Positions 50,303-60,021 of a stretch of 64,000 nucleotides of DNA are shown here, in pieces. The DNA comes from Spirochaetia bacterium (GTDB lineage: Bacteria > Spirochaetota > Spirochaetia > DSM-27196 > Salinispiraceae): NCBI GenBank assembly GCA_038204425.1, contig JBBRCZ010000011.1, forward strand, positions 36,309 to 100,308, written 5' to 3'. The notes under the pieces are model-generated. The model worked only from the letters and a program-made list of their open reading frames with translations. It ran no database searches and was not told the DNA's origin. The position numbers and the translations under genes were made by a program. Position 1 is the stretch's first letter, and each line of letters opens with the position of its first letter.

Positions 50303-53300
50303 ATGAAAAAGTTGATGTTTGGCTTACATGCATTCATAGTTCTGGCGGGTATAATACTCTTAGCAGCCTGTGAACTCACACCCTTGGCTGTTACTGGTGA
50401 GGTAAATGCCCAGGCTCGTAATATTGCAGGGTATATTTACGTTTCTCCCAGTGGAAGTAACGAGTCCGGAAACGGTACGACGCAACAACCTTACAAGACA
50501 ATCGCCAAGGCTTTGACGGTGGCAAGTGCTGGTAATACTATTAGTCTGGCCGCTGGTACTTATACCGAATCATCATTTTTTTTACCGGTTAACGTCAGTC
50601 TGATAGGTGCTGGTTCAGCCAACACCATTCTTACTTCTAATACATTAGTTTCCAGCGGAACACCAGAAGATAATGCCAACTTTCTTATTAGACTTGACCA
50701 ACCTGGCACTAACACGGGGGTTCAGACTGTAGCAGGCTTTACCATCGATGGAAAAAACAAGACGTTTAACGGCATCGTAGGCTATAGCCGCTCCAACATT
50801 ACGGTTAACGATATCCACTTTAAGAACTGTGCCGAAACCGGCGCTCGCATTTTTGGAGCACAAGGCTACATTAGCAATATAAACATCACCAATAGCACTT
50901 TTACCAACTGCGGTAAAGATCATTTGTCAGGCAATCCTGGCTGGACTTCGGGCAACTTGATGATTGGCTATCTTGATGGTGCCAACATTTCAAATATCGT
51001 CATCAACGATATTTACGGTTATGGTATAAAATTTACTAACGACGGCAATTTTAAAAACACCAAAGTCCACGACAGTATCATTAACGTTAGTGAGACTGAC
51101 GAGCAGTGGGGCGAAGATATCGCTATAGAAATGTGGAACCTTGGACCTGGTAACGAGATTTATAACATCCAAACCAACACTTGGTTGTCGTTAATTGACC
51201 TTGCCAGTTTTTCTTCTAACCCTTCAAAAGCAGGGGACAATCTAAAACTTTATAACATAAGAATTATCGATACTGATGGTGCGAGTGTTAAAGAAGCGAT
51301 TGAAATTGGTTCCAGTGGTGTTGATATGTACAACTGTTACATAAAAGACAAGGGATTTGGCATAGCCATGTGGGCGCGACCAAACAAAAAGAACACCATC
51401 CGCCAAAATATTTTTGACAATCAATATACGCATACCGACTATGGCTATGCTAATGGCGCGGCTATTTTGATAGCTACCGGAACAGGCGTTGGTGTTTACA
51501 ATAATGTAATTGCGGGCTTTAAAAACGCCATAACCCTTACCTCTACGGTAAACGGTGAAAGCGTCAACGACATTGCTATTCGCAACAACGTCTTTCTTAT
51601 GCGTTCTGATGCAACTGGAATTATTACCAAGGGCAGTGGTCAGGCAAGTAATGTTGTAATTAGCAATAACCTCAAAATCACCAGTGATTATTACGCTTCA
51701 AACTTTGCAGCTAATAATCTTGCGTGGACGGACGTAAGCGGCGCGACGGTTTCCAACAATTACGATGGCAATCCCCAGTTTCATAATCGAGGCCTAGGTT
51801 GGGATTCTTTTTATGAGCCTCAGAGTCCAACAAGTTTTGTAGTTGGCAAGGGACTTGATGTTGGTTTTGGAACCACTTTAGGTGCCAAGGTCTACGACGG
51901 AACATTTCCTGCTCCTGACGCAGCTCGCATAGTGCAAACAACAACTACCGTAACTTTTGTTCCGTTTAGTCTCAACTTAAATGGCGTAAGTTCGATTAGC
52001 GACCAGGCCACTTTTGGCATTAATACGGGCTCCTATGGTGGAGCAAGTGTCTCTTTTCCAAATGAGGGTGTTGGCTCAAGTACTGCTCTAAAAATACAGG
52101 CCAATAGCAATGCTGGCGTCTGGCTAGGCGCATTGGGAAACCGTGGTCTCGGATTGGGGGTTTCTGCGGCGGTTATAACATTAAAAATTCGCGCTGATAG
52201 CTCACAAGCCGGTGCTCAAATTATACTCAAACCAATTGTTGGTCCTCCAAGCACAGCTGGTGGTATTGATGCCGCCCAAGTAGCACTTATTTTTGGCCCT
52301 GGACAAACCCCTTGGCCAGCAGCAGCCGTCGATGGCAACCCTTTAACCTTTGCTACGATATCTCTGACGCTGCCGCTATCGAGCAACAGCAGCCTTGGTC
52401 CATCAAACTACGGCGTGCAACTGGCGCTAACTGGCTATGGAACAGGGTGTACTATTTGGATTGACGATATAACGGTAAGTAACCCAAGTTTTGGTTCGAC
52501 CACAAGCACTACGAGTTCCACCAGTACTACAAGCACCACACTTTTCCCGACTACAAGTACCAGCTCGTCAAGTTCTAGCAGCTCTACGAGTTCCACCTCG
52601 AGTACCCTGTTGGCAACGAGTACATCAAGCTCGAGCAGCACTAGCTCCAGCACTTCTACTTCAACCACTTCTACTACGCTTCCATCGGCAGCCTTAGGTA
52701 CCGGCGTGTTTACTATTGTCAACCTTGCCAGTAACAAGATTCAGAAGCCAGAGCCTTGGATTGGTGGTTCAATCTCTAACAACGACTACACTGGAGCCCT
52801 TATTGAACAATGGGAAGTTACCAAAGTAGGTGCCTATTATCGCTTTATCAACAAGTCTAGTGGACATGCACTTGATGGTTCTGGAAACGATGCAAAAATG
52901 CAAAGTTACAGCGCAACGGATGCCCAATTATGGGACCTAATTGGACTTGGCAATAGTCAGTACAGAATGACAAACAAACTCAGCACCAAGGCTGCAAAAA
53001 GCCAAGATGTGTTCAACGGTAATCCGATGAAGATGGAAACCTTTGCCAATAACAATCTTTTTAAGTGGACATTTACCCAGCTGGGTGGTTCGGTGGTTAC
53101 GAGCACCAGTACTAGCAGTACTAGTTCGACCTCCAGTACGGTTATTGCAGCTAGTTCTACAAGTACCAGCAGTACAAGTACCAGCACAGTACCGGTGAGT
53201 ACTACCAGTACATCAAGTACTTCGAGCACCAGTACATCAAGTACTTCGAGCACCAGTACAACATCGACTACAATTGTGGAGACAGGCCTAGCGAGTGGTC

Positions 53301-53680
53301 GTTACAGACTGGTAAACTTAGGCGCCAACAAGGCGCAAAAGTCTGAGTCATGGGAAAATGGGTCTATCTTTAACAATGACTACAGTGCCTCGGATAGTGA
53401 AAAATGGGACGTCAGCAAGGTTGGTAGCTACTATAAGATTATCAATGTTGCGACTGGACGAGCCCTAACAGCCGTAGGCAGCGAAGCACGAATGACTATG
53501 TTTACAGGCTCAGATAGTCAACTATGGACGGCTACAAGTCTTGGTAGTGGTCAATATCGTCTCATAAACAAACAAAGTGGCTTGAGTGCCCGCTCGCAAG
53601 ATATTTGGAACGGCAACCCTATGAAGGTCGAAACCTATCAAAACACAGCTTTGTTTAAATGGGCATTTTTAGCGCCCTAA
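50303..53680 (+). CDS. Large lipoprotein: beta-helix (pectin-lyase-like) domain, putative CBM, Ser/Thr linkers, two ricin-B lectin domains
   Basis: LLAAC lipobox, YVSPSGSN...PYKTI, Asn-rich beta-helix repeats, QLW/QxW repeats. Confidence 0.8.
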   Translation: MKKLMFGLHAFIVLAGIILLAACELTPLAVTGEVNAQARNIAGYIYVSPSGSNESGNGTTQQPYKTIAKALTVASAGNTISLAAGTYTESSFFLPVNVSLIGAGSANTILTSNTLVSSGTPEDNANFLIRLDQPGTNTGVQTVAGFTIDGKNKTFNGIVGYSRSNITVNDIHFKNCAETGARIFGAQGYISNINITNSTFTNCGKDHLSGNPGWTSGNLMIGYLDGANISNIVINDIYGYGIKFTNDGNFKNTKVHDSIINVSETDEQWGEDIAIEMWNLGPGNEIYNIQTNTWLSLIDLASFSSNPSKAGDNLKLYNIRIIDTDGASVKEAIEIGSSGVDMYNCYIKDKGFGIAMWARPNKKNTIRQNIFDNQYTHTDYGYANGAAILIATGTGVGVYNNVIAGFKNAITLTSTVNGESVNDIAIRNNVFLMRSDATGIITKGSGQASNVVISNNLKITSDYYASNFAANNLAWTDVSGATVSNNYDGNPQFHNRGLGWDSFYEPQSPTSFVVGKGLDVGFGTTLGAKVYDGTFPAPDAARIVQTTTTVTFVPFSLNLNGVSSISDQATFGINTGSYGGASVSFPNEGVGSSTALKIQANSNAGVWLGALGNRGLGLGVSAAVITLKIRADSSQAGAQIILKPIVGPPSTAGGIDAAQVALIFGPGQTPWPAAAVDGNPLTFATISLTLPLSSNSSLGPSNYGVQLALTGYGTGCTIWIDDITVSNPSFGSTTSTTSSTSTTSTTLFPTTSTSSSSSSSSTSSTSSTLLATSTSSSSSTSSSTSTSTTSTTLPSAALGTGVFTIVNLASNKIQKPEPWIGGSISNNDYTGALIEQWEVTKVGAYYRFINKSSGHALDGSGNDAKMQSYSATDAQLWDLIGLGNSQYRMTNKLSTKAAKSQDVFNGNPMKMETFANNNLFKWTFTQLGGSVVTSTSTSSTSSTSSTVIAASSTSTSSTSTSTVPVSTTSTSSTSSTSTSSTSSTSTTSTTIVETGLASGRYRLVNLGANKAQKSESWENGSIFNNDYSASDSEKWDVSKVGSYYKIINVATGRALTAVGSEARMTMFTGSDSQLWTATSLGSGQYRLINKQSGLSARSQDIWNGNPMKVETYQNTALFKWAFLAP

Positions 53681-53712
53681 GCTTCTCCAGACAACATTTA
53701 CGCAGCAATTAT

Positions 53713-53748
53713 AGACAAAAGCCGCCCTCAATAAGGCGGCTTTTGTCT
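53713..53748. terminator. Bidirectional terminator
   Basis: AGACAAAAGCCGCC/GGCGGCTTTTGTCT between convergent genes. Confidence 0.85.
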
Positions 53749-53764
53749 GCAAGGGAAGCTTGGT

Positions 53765-54256
53765 TCACTTTATCTTGATAGCCTTGGTGTAGATAGTCAA
53801 GACTATGGTTTGGCGGTTGCCTTCTTGTGTGGTAACTCCCGAAAAACGTGGTGCAAGGATTACGTCTGCACTAACTTCGTTAGCTTGACTGATTGCTTCG
53901 TAGAGCAAGTTTTTGCGAGCAGTGATTTCTAACTGGCTGATTTTGGCTGCGTCTGTTGTTGCGTCAACTGCGGTACCCAAAGAGCCATATTTAAAAGTAT
54001 CACCTTGGATATCATCGTAGTAACTTACCGAACCACCCCAGCCATTTACTTGGGTTACAAAAATACCGGAAATGGTAGTTTCAGCTGTTATGTCTTTGAG
54101 GATTACATAGCTTTCGCGGTCAAGAGCTTCAAGACCTGTGCTCTCAACAGCATTGATTTTGCTAAAAGACGAGTTCTCGGCCATTTTTGACGTAGTTGAA
54201 CATGAGCCCAAGGTCAACGCTACAACGCCTACTATTAAAAAGGTTCTTATTTTCAT
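53765..54256 (-). CDS. Hypothetical lipoprotein
   Basis: LGSC lipobox; ADVILAPRF. Confidence 0.7.
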   Translation of the reverse strand: MKIRTFLIVGVVALTLGSCSTTSKMAENSSFSKINAVESTGLEALDRESYVILKDITAETTISGIFVTQVNGWGGSVSYYDDIQGDTFKYGSLGTAVDATTDAAKISQLEITARKNLLYEAISQANEVSADVILAPRFSGVTTQEGNRQTIVLTIYTKAIKIK

Positions 54257-54406
54257 TTTTTTCTCCAAAATTTTTTATTTGTCAATCCCTTGTGATAGTA
54301 AGGTACGGCTAGTGCTCCCCTAAGTCGAGACAATTCGACAATCAAAGTATTTTGCAGATTTAATAGAGACTTGCTTAAGAGCTTGGCTTAATTTTTTAGA
54401 CGGTAC

Positions 54407-55042
54407 TCAGAGGGCTTTTTTGAGTGTTTCCACAAATACTGCCTGATCTTGCGCGCCCGATATTGAGTATTTACCATCGATGACAAAAAATGGCACACCA
54501 CCAATTCTTAAGCGCCTAGCGGCCTCTATGTCGGCCTCAACCTCGAGTCGGTATTGTTTGCTCGCCAACATGCTTAAGACGTCTTCTTTTACGAGGCCTG
54601 CCTGCGCGCCAAGTTGGGCCAAGCTTTGGTGATCGTTTAAATTCTTGCCTTCGGTAAAGAAAGCGCTAAACAAGAGCTCCTCCATTTTGTCACCACAGCC
54701 TGCGGCGTGAGCCATGTGAGACAGTCGGTGGGCGTCCAGCGTATTGGCGGCCACCGCATGGTCAAAGCGATAGTCTAAGCCTTCGCGCTTGGCGAGTGCA
54801 ATGACATGATCGTGCATCGCTTGTGACTCAGCTTTGGAAATGCCTTTGCGCGTGGCCAGTGACTCAATTAGGTTCGTATGGTGGCTGGGAACAAAGTCGG
54901 GATCCAGCTGATAGCTGCGCCAACGGATCTCTATATTTTCGTAGGCGCCAAGGGTTTTTGCGGCACCTTCTAATTTTCTCTTGCCAATGTAACAAAAAGG
55001 GCAAACAATATCTGACCAAATGTCTACAACGATTTTTTTCAT
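54407..55042 (-). CDS. DsbA/FrnE-family oxidoreductase
   Basis: WSDIVCPFCYIG, GVPFFVI, SGAQ. Confidence 0.92.
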   Translation of the reverse strand: MKKIVVDIWSDIVCPFCYIGKRKLEGAAKTLGAYENIEIRWRSYQLDPDFVPSHHTNLIESLATRKGISKAESQAMHDHVIALAKREGLDYRFDHAVAANTLDAHRLSHMAHAAGCGDKMEELLFSAFFTEGKNLNDHQSLAQLGAQAGLVKEDVLSMLASKQYRLEVEADIEAARRLRIGGVPFFVIDGKYSISGAQDQAVFVETLKKAL

Positions 55043-55143
55043 ACCTCATACTATAACTATTTATTGCTCAAGCGTCATTATCAAAAAATTTCTGGGCCTC
55101 ATGAGGTCTTGCAAGTAGGGCCTGATGGCGCTATGCTAAAGCT

Positions 55144-55800
55144 ATGAATCGCGAAAAAATAAAAAAATATCTACCAATTGCCGGAGCCATTGCTATTGGC
55201 TTGCTTGTCTACTTTATTCAAGGTGGCATTCTCCCTCCCTTGATTGGATTTGCACTTGGCTACGTTGGCTTTAAAGTCGCCGTCACACCTCGTGGTGCCA
55301 CAAGCTCGGCCGGTGAGCTTGTGGCCGATGGCATTGCAAAGATCGACTTTGACGCTGCTATTCGCGAGGCTCGCAGTCGCTATAATGCTTTGCAGAATGA
55401 TGCTTTTAGAATCACCAAAGTTGATGCTCGCCGCAAAGTTGACGCAATAGTTTCTTTAGTTGGCCAGATTATTGATCAAGTCAAGAAGGATCCCAAAGAC
55501 TACCGTGCAGCGCGCCAGTTTTTTAGCTACTACCTCGAGGCAACCGTCAAAGTAGTCCACTTTTATGTTGAGCTCACTGCTCGACCTGTTTTGGATGCCG
55601 AGGCCAAAACCTCAATTGAGAATGTCGAGAACGAACTAGACACTGTTCGCCGTGCTTTTGAAAAGCAGTTAAAAGTGCTCGATGAAAATGATGTGCTCGA
55701 TCTCGATACCGAGCTTACCGTGCTCAAACGTACCATTGAACTTGAAGGACTGAGCTCAGCACTGGATCAACCAGAAGCTGACAGCCAGCAAACCAAATAG
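55144..55800 (+). CDS. XpaC-like (5-bromo-4-chloroindolyl phosphate hydrolysis family) protein
   Basis: N-terminal TMs, ARQFFSYYL, LDLDTELTVL; upstream of telA. Confidence 0.8.
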   Translation: MNREKIKKYLPIAGAIAIGLLVYFIQGGILPPLIGFALGYVGFKVAVTPRGATSSAGELVADGIAKIDFDAAIREARSRYNALQNDAFRITKVDARRKVDAIVSLVGQIIDQVKKDPKDYRAARQFFSYYLEATVKVVHFYVELTARPVLDAEAKTSIENVENELDTVRRAFEKQLKVLDENDVLDLDTELTVLKRTIELEGLSSALDQPEADSQQTK

Positions 55801-55823
55801 CCCCACACCTATAGGAGGATTTT

Positions 55824-56906
55824 ATGGGTGATTTAACCGTACAGCAGAAGGCAGGACCCCTACAAATCGTAGACATCAGCAAATTGTCACCAGAAGCTGT
55901 TCAAAAGGCACACGATGTGGCCAAGTCCATCAACCTTGAAGACAGCCAGTCTATTATTCAATTTGGCGTCGGCGCACAATCCAAGATATCGGGTTTTGCG
56001 GATACCATCCTGACCCAGATTAGAAACAAAGACTCTGGTTTTGTGGGTGACACTCTTTCCAATTTGATGGTGCAAATCAAGGGTGTCGACGTAGGTGGCT
56101 TGCAAAAAGAAAGCGGCTTTTTTGGCAAGATATTTGGTGGCATTAAGGCCCAGCTTACCAAATTTATGACACGCTACGAAAAACTTTCTACCCAAATAGA
56201 CCGCACTGTTAGTGAACTCGAAAAGGCTCGTATGCAGTTGATCCGCGATGTGACCATGTTTGATTCGCTCTACGGTAAAAACGAAGAGTATCTAAAAGAA
56301 CTCGACATCTACATTGCCGCCGGTCAGATTAAACTCGAACAGGCACGAGCAGAAATCCTTCCCAAGTTGCAAGAAAAGGCTCAAGCCAGCAACGACGCAA
56401 TCGACGCACAAAAACTGCAAGACTTTAACCAATTTTGCAATCGATTTGAGAAAAAGCTCTATGATATGAAGCTGTCACGCATGATCAGTATCCAGACTGG
56501 TCCTCAGATTCGACTTATTCAGAACAACAATCAAACCTTGGTTGAGAAGATTCAGTCCTCTATTATTAACACTATTCCGTTGTGGAAGAACCAGATCATC
56601 ATTGCGATTGGTATCTTTAGGCAAAAAAGCGCTCTCGAGCTGCAACGCAAAGTAACTGACACAACCAATGAACTCTTGACCAAAAACAGCGAGATGCTCA
56701 AACTCGGCAGCATCGAAGTTGCCAAGGAGAGCGAACGCGGCATTGTTGAGATTGAAACTTTGCAAAAGGTTAACCTTGACTTGATTGCTACCATTGAAGA
56801 AACACTTAAGATTCAGGCCGAAGGTCGCCAAAAACGAGCTTCTGCCGAGGTAGAACTGGCTCGCATGGAAGGCGAACTCAAAGAAAAGCTCAAGAGCGTT
56901 CAGTAA
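55824..56906 (+). CDS. telA: TelA toxic-anion resistance protein
   Basis: QIRLIQNNN..LVEKIQSSI.NTIPLWKNQ. Confidence 0.92.
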   Translation: MGDLTVQQKAGPLQIVDISKLSPEAVQKAHDVAKSINLEDSQSIIQFGVGAQSKISGFADTILTQIRNKDSGFVGDTLSNLMVQIKGVDVGGLQKESGFFGKIFGGIKAQLTKFMTRYEKLSTQIDRTVSELEKARMQLIRDVTMFDSLYGKNEEYLKELDIYIAAGQIKLEQARAEILPKLQEKAQASNDAIDAQKLQDFNQFCNRFEKKLYDMKLSRMISIQTGPQIRLIQNNNQTLVEKIQSSIINTIPLWKNQIIIAIGIFRQKSALELQRKVTDTTNELLTKNSEMLKLGSIEVAKESERGIVEIETLQKVNLDLIATIEETLKIQAEGRQKRASAEVELARMEGELKEKLKSVQ

Positions 56907-56926
56907 TCAGCAATGAGAAATCAGAG

Positions 56927-57118
56927 ATGAGCGGCAAAGAAGACTACTATTTTGTCCCCGTGGCAGGGCACTGGCGCATGAAGAGAGTAGGTGGCACCAA
57001 GGTCTTGCGGACTTTTTCTAGCAAGGCCGAGGCCATCGCTTATGCACAGACGCTCATCGCCAAGCAACAAGCGAGTTTTCGCTTGGAGAATCCCGATGGC
57101 ACGTGGGAGAACTTATGA
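56927..57118 (+). CDS. DUF2188-like small protein
   Basis: W.MKR.G...F.SKAEAI.YA...DG pattern. Confidence 0.7.
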   Translation: MSGKEDYYFVPVAGHWRMKRVGGTKVLRTFSSKAEAIAYAQTLIAKQQASFRLENPDGTWENL

Positions 57119-57939
57119 GTCAGGCAGCCAAGTGGGCTTTGATAACGGGCGCTTCCAGTGGCTTGGGTAAGGCCTTTGCCCAGATTTTGATCAGTTGGGG
57201 CTATCAACTGATTATCAGTGCGCGGCGGATGGATGTGCTAGTTGCCCTACAAGGCGACTTTAAGTCGTCGTATCCATTGCTAAGAGTCGAAGTGATAGCG
57301 GCCGATTTGTCAGAAGCGTCAGGTGCCCAAAAGTTGGCAGATTTTTGCAAAACGCAAGGCATTGTGCCAGACCTGTTGATCAACAACGCCGGCTTTGGTG
57401 CCTTTGGCGCTTTTGCTGACGCCACTCAGGCCAAGACGCTTGGCATGGTAGATGTAAACTGTCGCAGCCTAACTGCCCTGTGCCAGCTGTTTTTGCCCGC
57501 TATGTTAGCCAAAAAACAAGGTCGCATTCTCAACGTCGCTTCGATGGCAGGTTTTTTGCCTGGTCCTTACATGGCGGTTTATTACGCCAGCAAGGCTTAT
57601 GTTATTTCTTTGGGTATGGCACTTGATGCCGAAGTCAGAAAATCGGGCCTTAGGGTGAGTACCCTGTGTCCCGGCCCCGTAAACACTGAGTTTGCAAGTG
57701 TGGCTGATCACAAAGTCCATCCCTCCATGGCAGGAAAAATCCCTGGTCCCTATGAAGTTGCACTATATGGTCTAAAAAAAGCACTTATCGGCAAGCGTAT
57801 AGTGATCTATGGCATTGGTTTTAAGTTTTTGTTGTTTTTTACACGCTTTTTGTCGCGCTCATTACTCTTGAGACTGATGAATACATTTCAGTCGGCACGT
57901 GTTCCTGATTCTGCTAAACACGACCAAACAGCTAATTAG
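57115..57939 (+). CDS. Short-chain dehydrogenase/reductase
   Basis: TGASSGLG, NNAGFG, YYASK. Confidence 0.93.
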   Translation: MSQAAKWALITGASSGLGKAFAQILISWGYQLIISARRMDVLVALQGDFKSSYPLLRVEVIAADLSEASGAQKLADFCKTQGIVPDLLINNAGFGAFGAFADATQAKTLGMVDVNCRSLTALCQLFLPAMLAKKQGRILNVASMAGFLPGPYMAVYYASKAYVISLGMALDAEVRKSGLRVSTLCPGPVNTEFASVADHKVHPSMAGKIPGPYEVALYGLKKALIGKRIVIYGIGFKFLLFFTRFLSRSLLLRLMNTFQSARVPDSAKHDQTAN

Positions 57940-57944
57940 TTACT

Positions 57945-59249
57945 ATGAATCGCGTCGCTTTTCCATCTTGGCTTCGTCTGGACAATTCGGCCAATATTTG
58001 GCCTGCTGTTTTGTCGAGTCGCTATACCAGTATTTTTAGGTTGACTGTTGTCTTGCGAGAGCGGGTGCAGCTGGAACGCCTGCAACGAGCCCTTGACGCA
58101 AGCATGGAGCGTTTTCCCTACTTTAAAGTCTGCATCAGGCGGGGGCTCTTTTGGTACTATCTCGAGCCACGGATAGATTGGCCTCGAGTTCAGGCAGACT
58201 CCGCCAACCCATGCATGCAGGCCAATCTAATTGGTAAAAAAAACTGGCCCTTTAGGGTTAGAGTTTTTTCGTCCCGCATAAGTCTTGAAATGTCGCACAT
58301 ATTAAGTGATGGCAGTGGCGCTGCAGTCTTCTTGCGTTATTTAATAGAAGAATATTTGAAACCAAATGACAGTCCACCAGCAAGTCACCAAAGCACCAGC
58401 GATAGCGATGAGTGGGTGGACAGCTACCATGACCTAATCCCACCACATAGCAGTAAACTGCCCAAGCGAGCCTTGGCAGAAAAAGCTTTTCATCCGCACG
58501 GAAGACTTCTGCCTTCCGGCCGTTATCAGGTGGTGAGTCTTTTGCTCGATGCAGATCAGTTGCTGAGCTTTGCCCGTAAGGCAAGCCTTAGTCTAACCGA
58601 GTATCTTGCGTCGCTGCTTTTAATGGTGCTACAGGAGCAACAAGAAGCTCTTGTTGCCAAAAAAAAGCGCGTCTCATTGCTTAAACCTATCAGACTCAAC
58701 ATACCGGTTAACTTGCGGTCGTTTTTTCCATCCAAGACCTTAAGGAATTTTTTTACTTATGTTGACCCCGGCATTGATCCTAGGCTTGGCGTCTATCAGC
58801 AGCAAGAAGTTCAGGAGCAAGTACACCACCACTTTCGTTTTTTGCTTGACCCAAAACGGCTACGCCACATGGTAGATCGTAACATCCAAGGCGAGCGCAA
58901 TTTAGCAGCCCGACTCACGCCTCTGTTTTTTAAGGATCTTTTTCTTGAACGGGTTTTTAGAACCCAAGGTGACCAGCGTGTTTCGGCCAGTTTTTCTAAC
59001 CTTGGACGACTAAGCGATTTTAGCGGCGACCAAGGTCGAGTTTCTCACTTGGTCTTTTTGCCACCGCCTAGCCCGCTTTTAGGTGTAAATATGACGGCCG
59101 TCAGTTACGGTAAGCAGCTTTGCATTAGCTTTGGCGGAATAATTGACTCTACGGCACTTGCTGCTGGTTTTGTCAAATACTTGGTAGAGCGAGGCATTGA
59201 GGCTAAGATAGAAGCCAATCATATTTCCCATTCTGAGGAGTCCAGATGA
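57945..59249 (+). CDS. Alcohol acetyltransferase/condensation-like protein
   Basis: LDNSA, HILSDG, PVNLR, FSNLG. Confidence 0.8.
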   Translation: MNRVAFPSWLRLDNSANIWPAVLSSRYTSIFRLTVVLRERVQLERLQRALDASMERFPYFKVCIRRGLFWYYLEPRIDWPRVQADSANPCMQANLIGKKNWPFRVRVFSSRISLEMSHILSDGSGAAVFLRYLIEEYLKPNDSPPASHQSTSDSDEWVDSYHDLIPPHSSKLPKRALAEKAFHPHGRLLPSGRYQVVSLLLDADQLLSFARKASLSLTEYLASLLLMVLQEQQEALVAKKKRVSLLKPIRLNIPVNLRSFFPSKTLRNFFTYVDPGIDPRLGVYQQQEVQEQVHHHFRFLLDPKRLRHMVDRNIQGERNLAARLTPLFFKDLFLERVFRTQGDQRVSASFSNLGRLSDFSGDQGRVSHLVFLPPPSPLLGVNMTAVSYGKQLCISFGGIIDSTALAAGFVKYLVERGIEAKIEANHISHSEESR

Positions 59250-59962
59250 GCGTTTTTTGTCCGCGTTGTGCAGTAGAGATAGTTGAGGACGTTGCCAAGT
59301 GCCCGCTTTGTAGTTCGGTTCTTGTTGGCGACCAAAAGCTCTTGCCACCCTTAGTCCAAGCCTACCCACGCGAATTTGAAACCTTCCCGGGTCGGCTGGA
59401 ACGCCTGATGCGCCATCGAGGCTTGATAAATATCATAAGCGCCTTTGTGGTCTTCGTGCCAGCAATGATCTGCCTTGCGGTTGATTTTATGTATGCTGGC
59501 GGTGGCTGGTCCTTAGTGGTGATCTACACTGCGATTTTCCTATGGACCTTGGTTTTTATTCCACTGGCCTTTTTTCGTCTGCCTTTATTGGTAGCAATGC
59601 TCTTAATCGCAAGTGCTGGCGCCTACTTATTCATTTTGGACATGCTCGATGGCCAACACACTTGGAGCATGACACTTGGTTGGCCCTTGTTATTGTGGGT
59701 GGCTCTGGCTATTTTTGTGCTGTGGCTCGGCCTAGTCTGGCCCAAAAAATCCCCGGGCCTGGTAGCGGCGTTAATTTTTGTCTGTTTACAAATAATAACC
59801 ATAGGTACAGACCTTAGTACCCAGTACTTTGTGTTTGGTGTCGTCACGTTAACCTGGTCTTTGGTTGTCGTTTCTGCCCTGATGCCGCTTGCATTGCTGG
59901 CTTTACTTTTGCAGTTTTCTCTATCCAACTCTAGTCGTCTTAAGCGGTTTTTTCATTGGTAG
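59246..59962 (+). CDS. Zinc-ribbon membrane protein (DUF6320-like)
   Basis: CPRC...CPLC, several TMs, LKRFFH end. Confidence 0.75.
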   Translation: MSVFCPRCAVEIVEDVAKCPLCSSVLVGDQKLLPPLVQAYPREFETFPGRLERLMRHRGLINIISAFVVFVPAMICLAVDFMYAGGGWSLVVIYTAIFLWTLVFIPLAFFRLPLLVAMLLIASAGAYLFILDMLDGQHTWSMTLGWPLLLWVALAIFVLWLGLVWPKKSPGLVAALIFVCLQIITIGTDLSTQYFVFGVVTLTWSLVVVSALMPLALLALLLQFSLSNSSRLKRFFHW

Positions 59963-60021
59963 ACCAGGCATTTTCGCTTTTGCATTGAATGTCATCGACA
60001 TGGCGGTATATAAAAGAGCGG

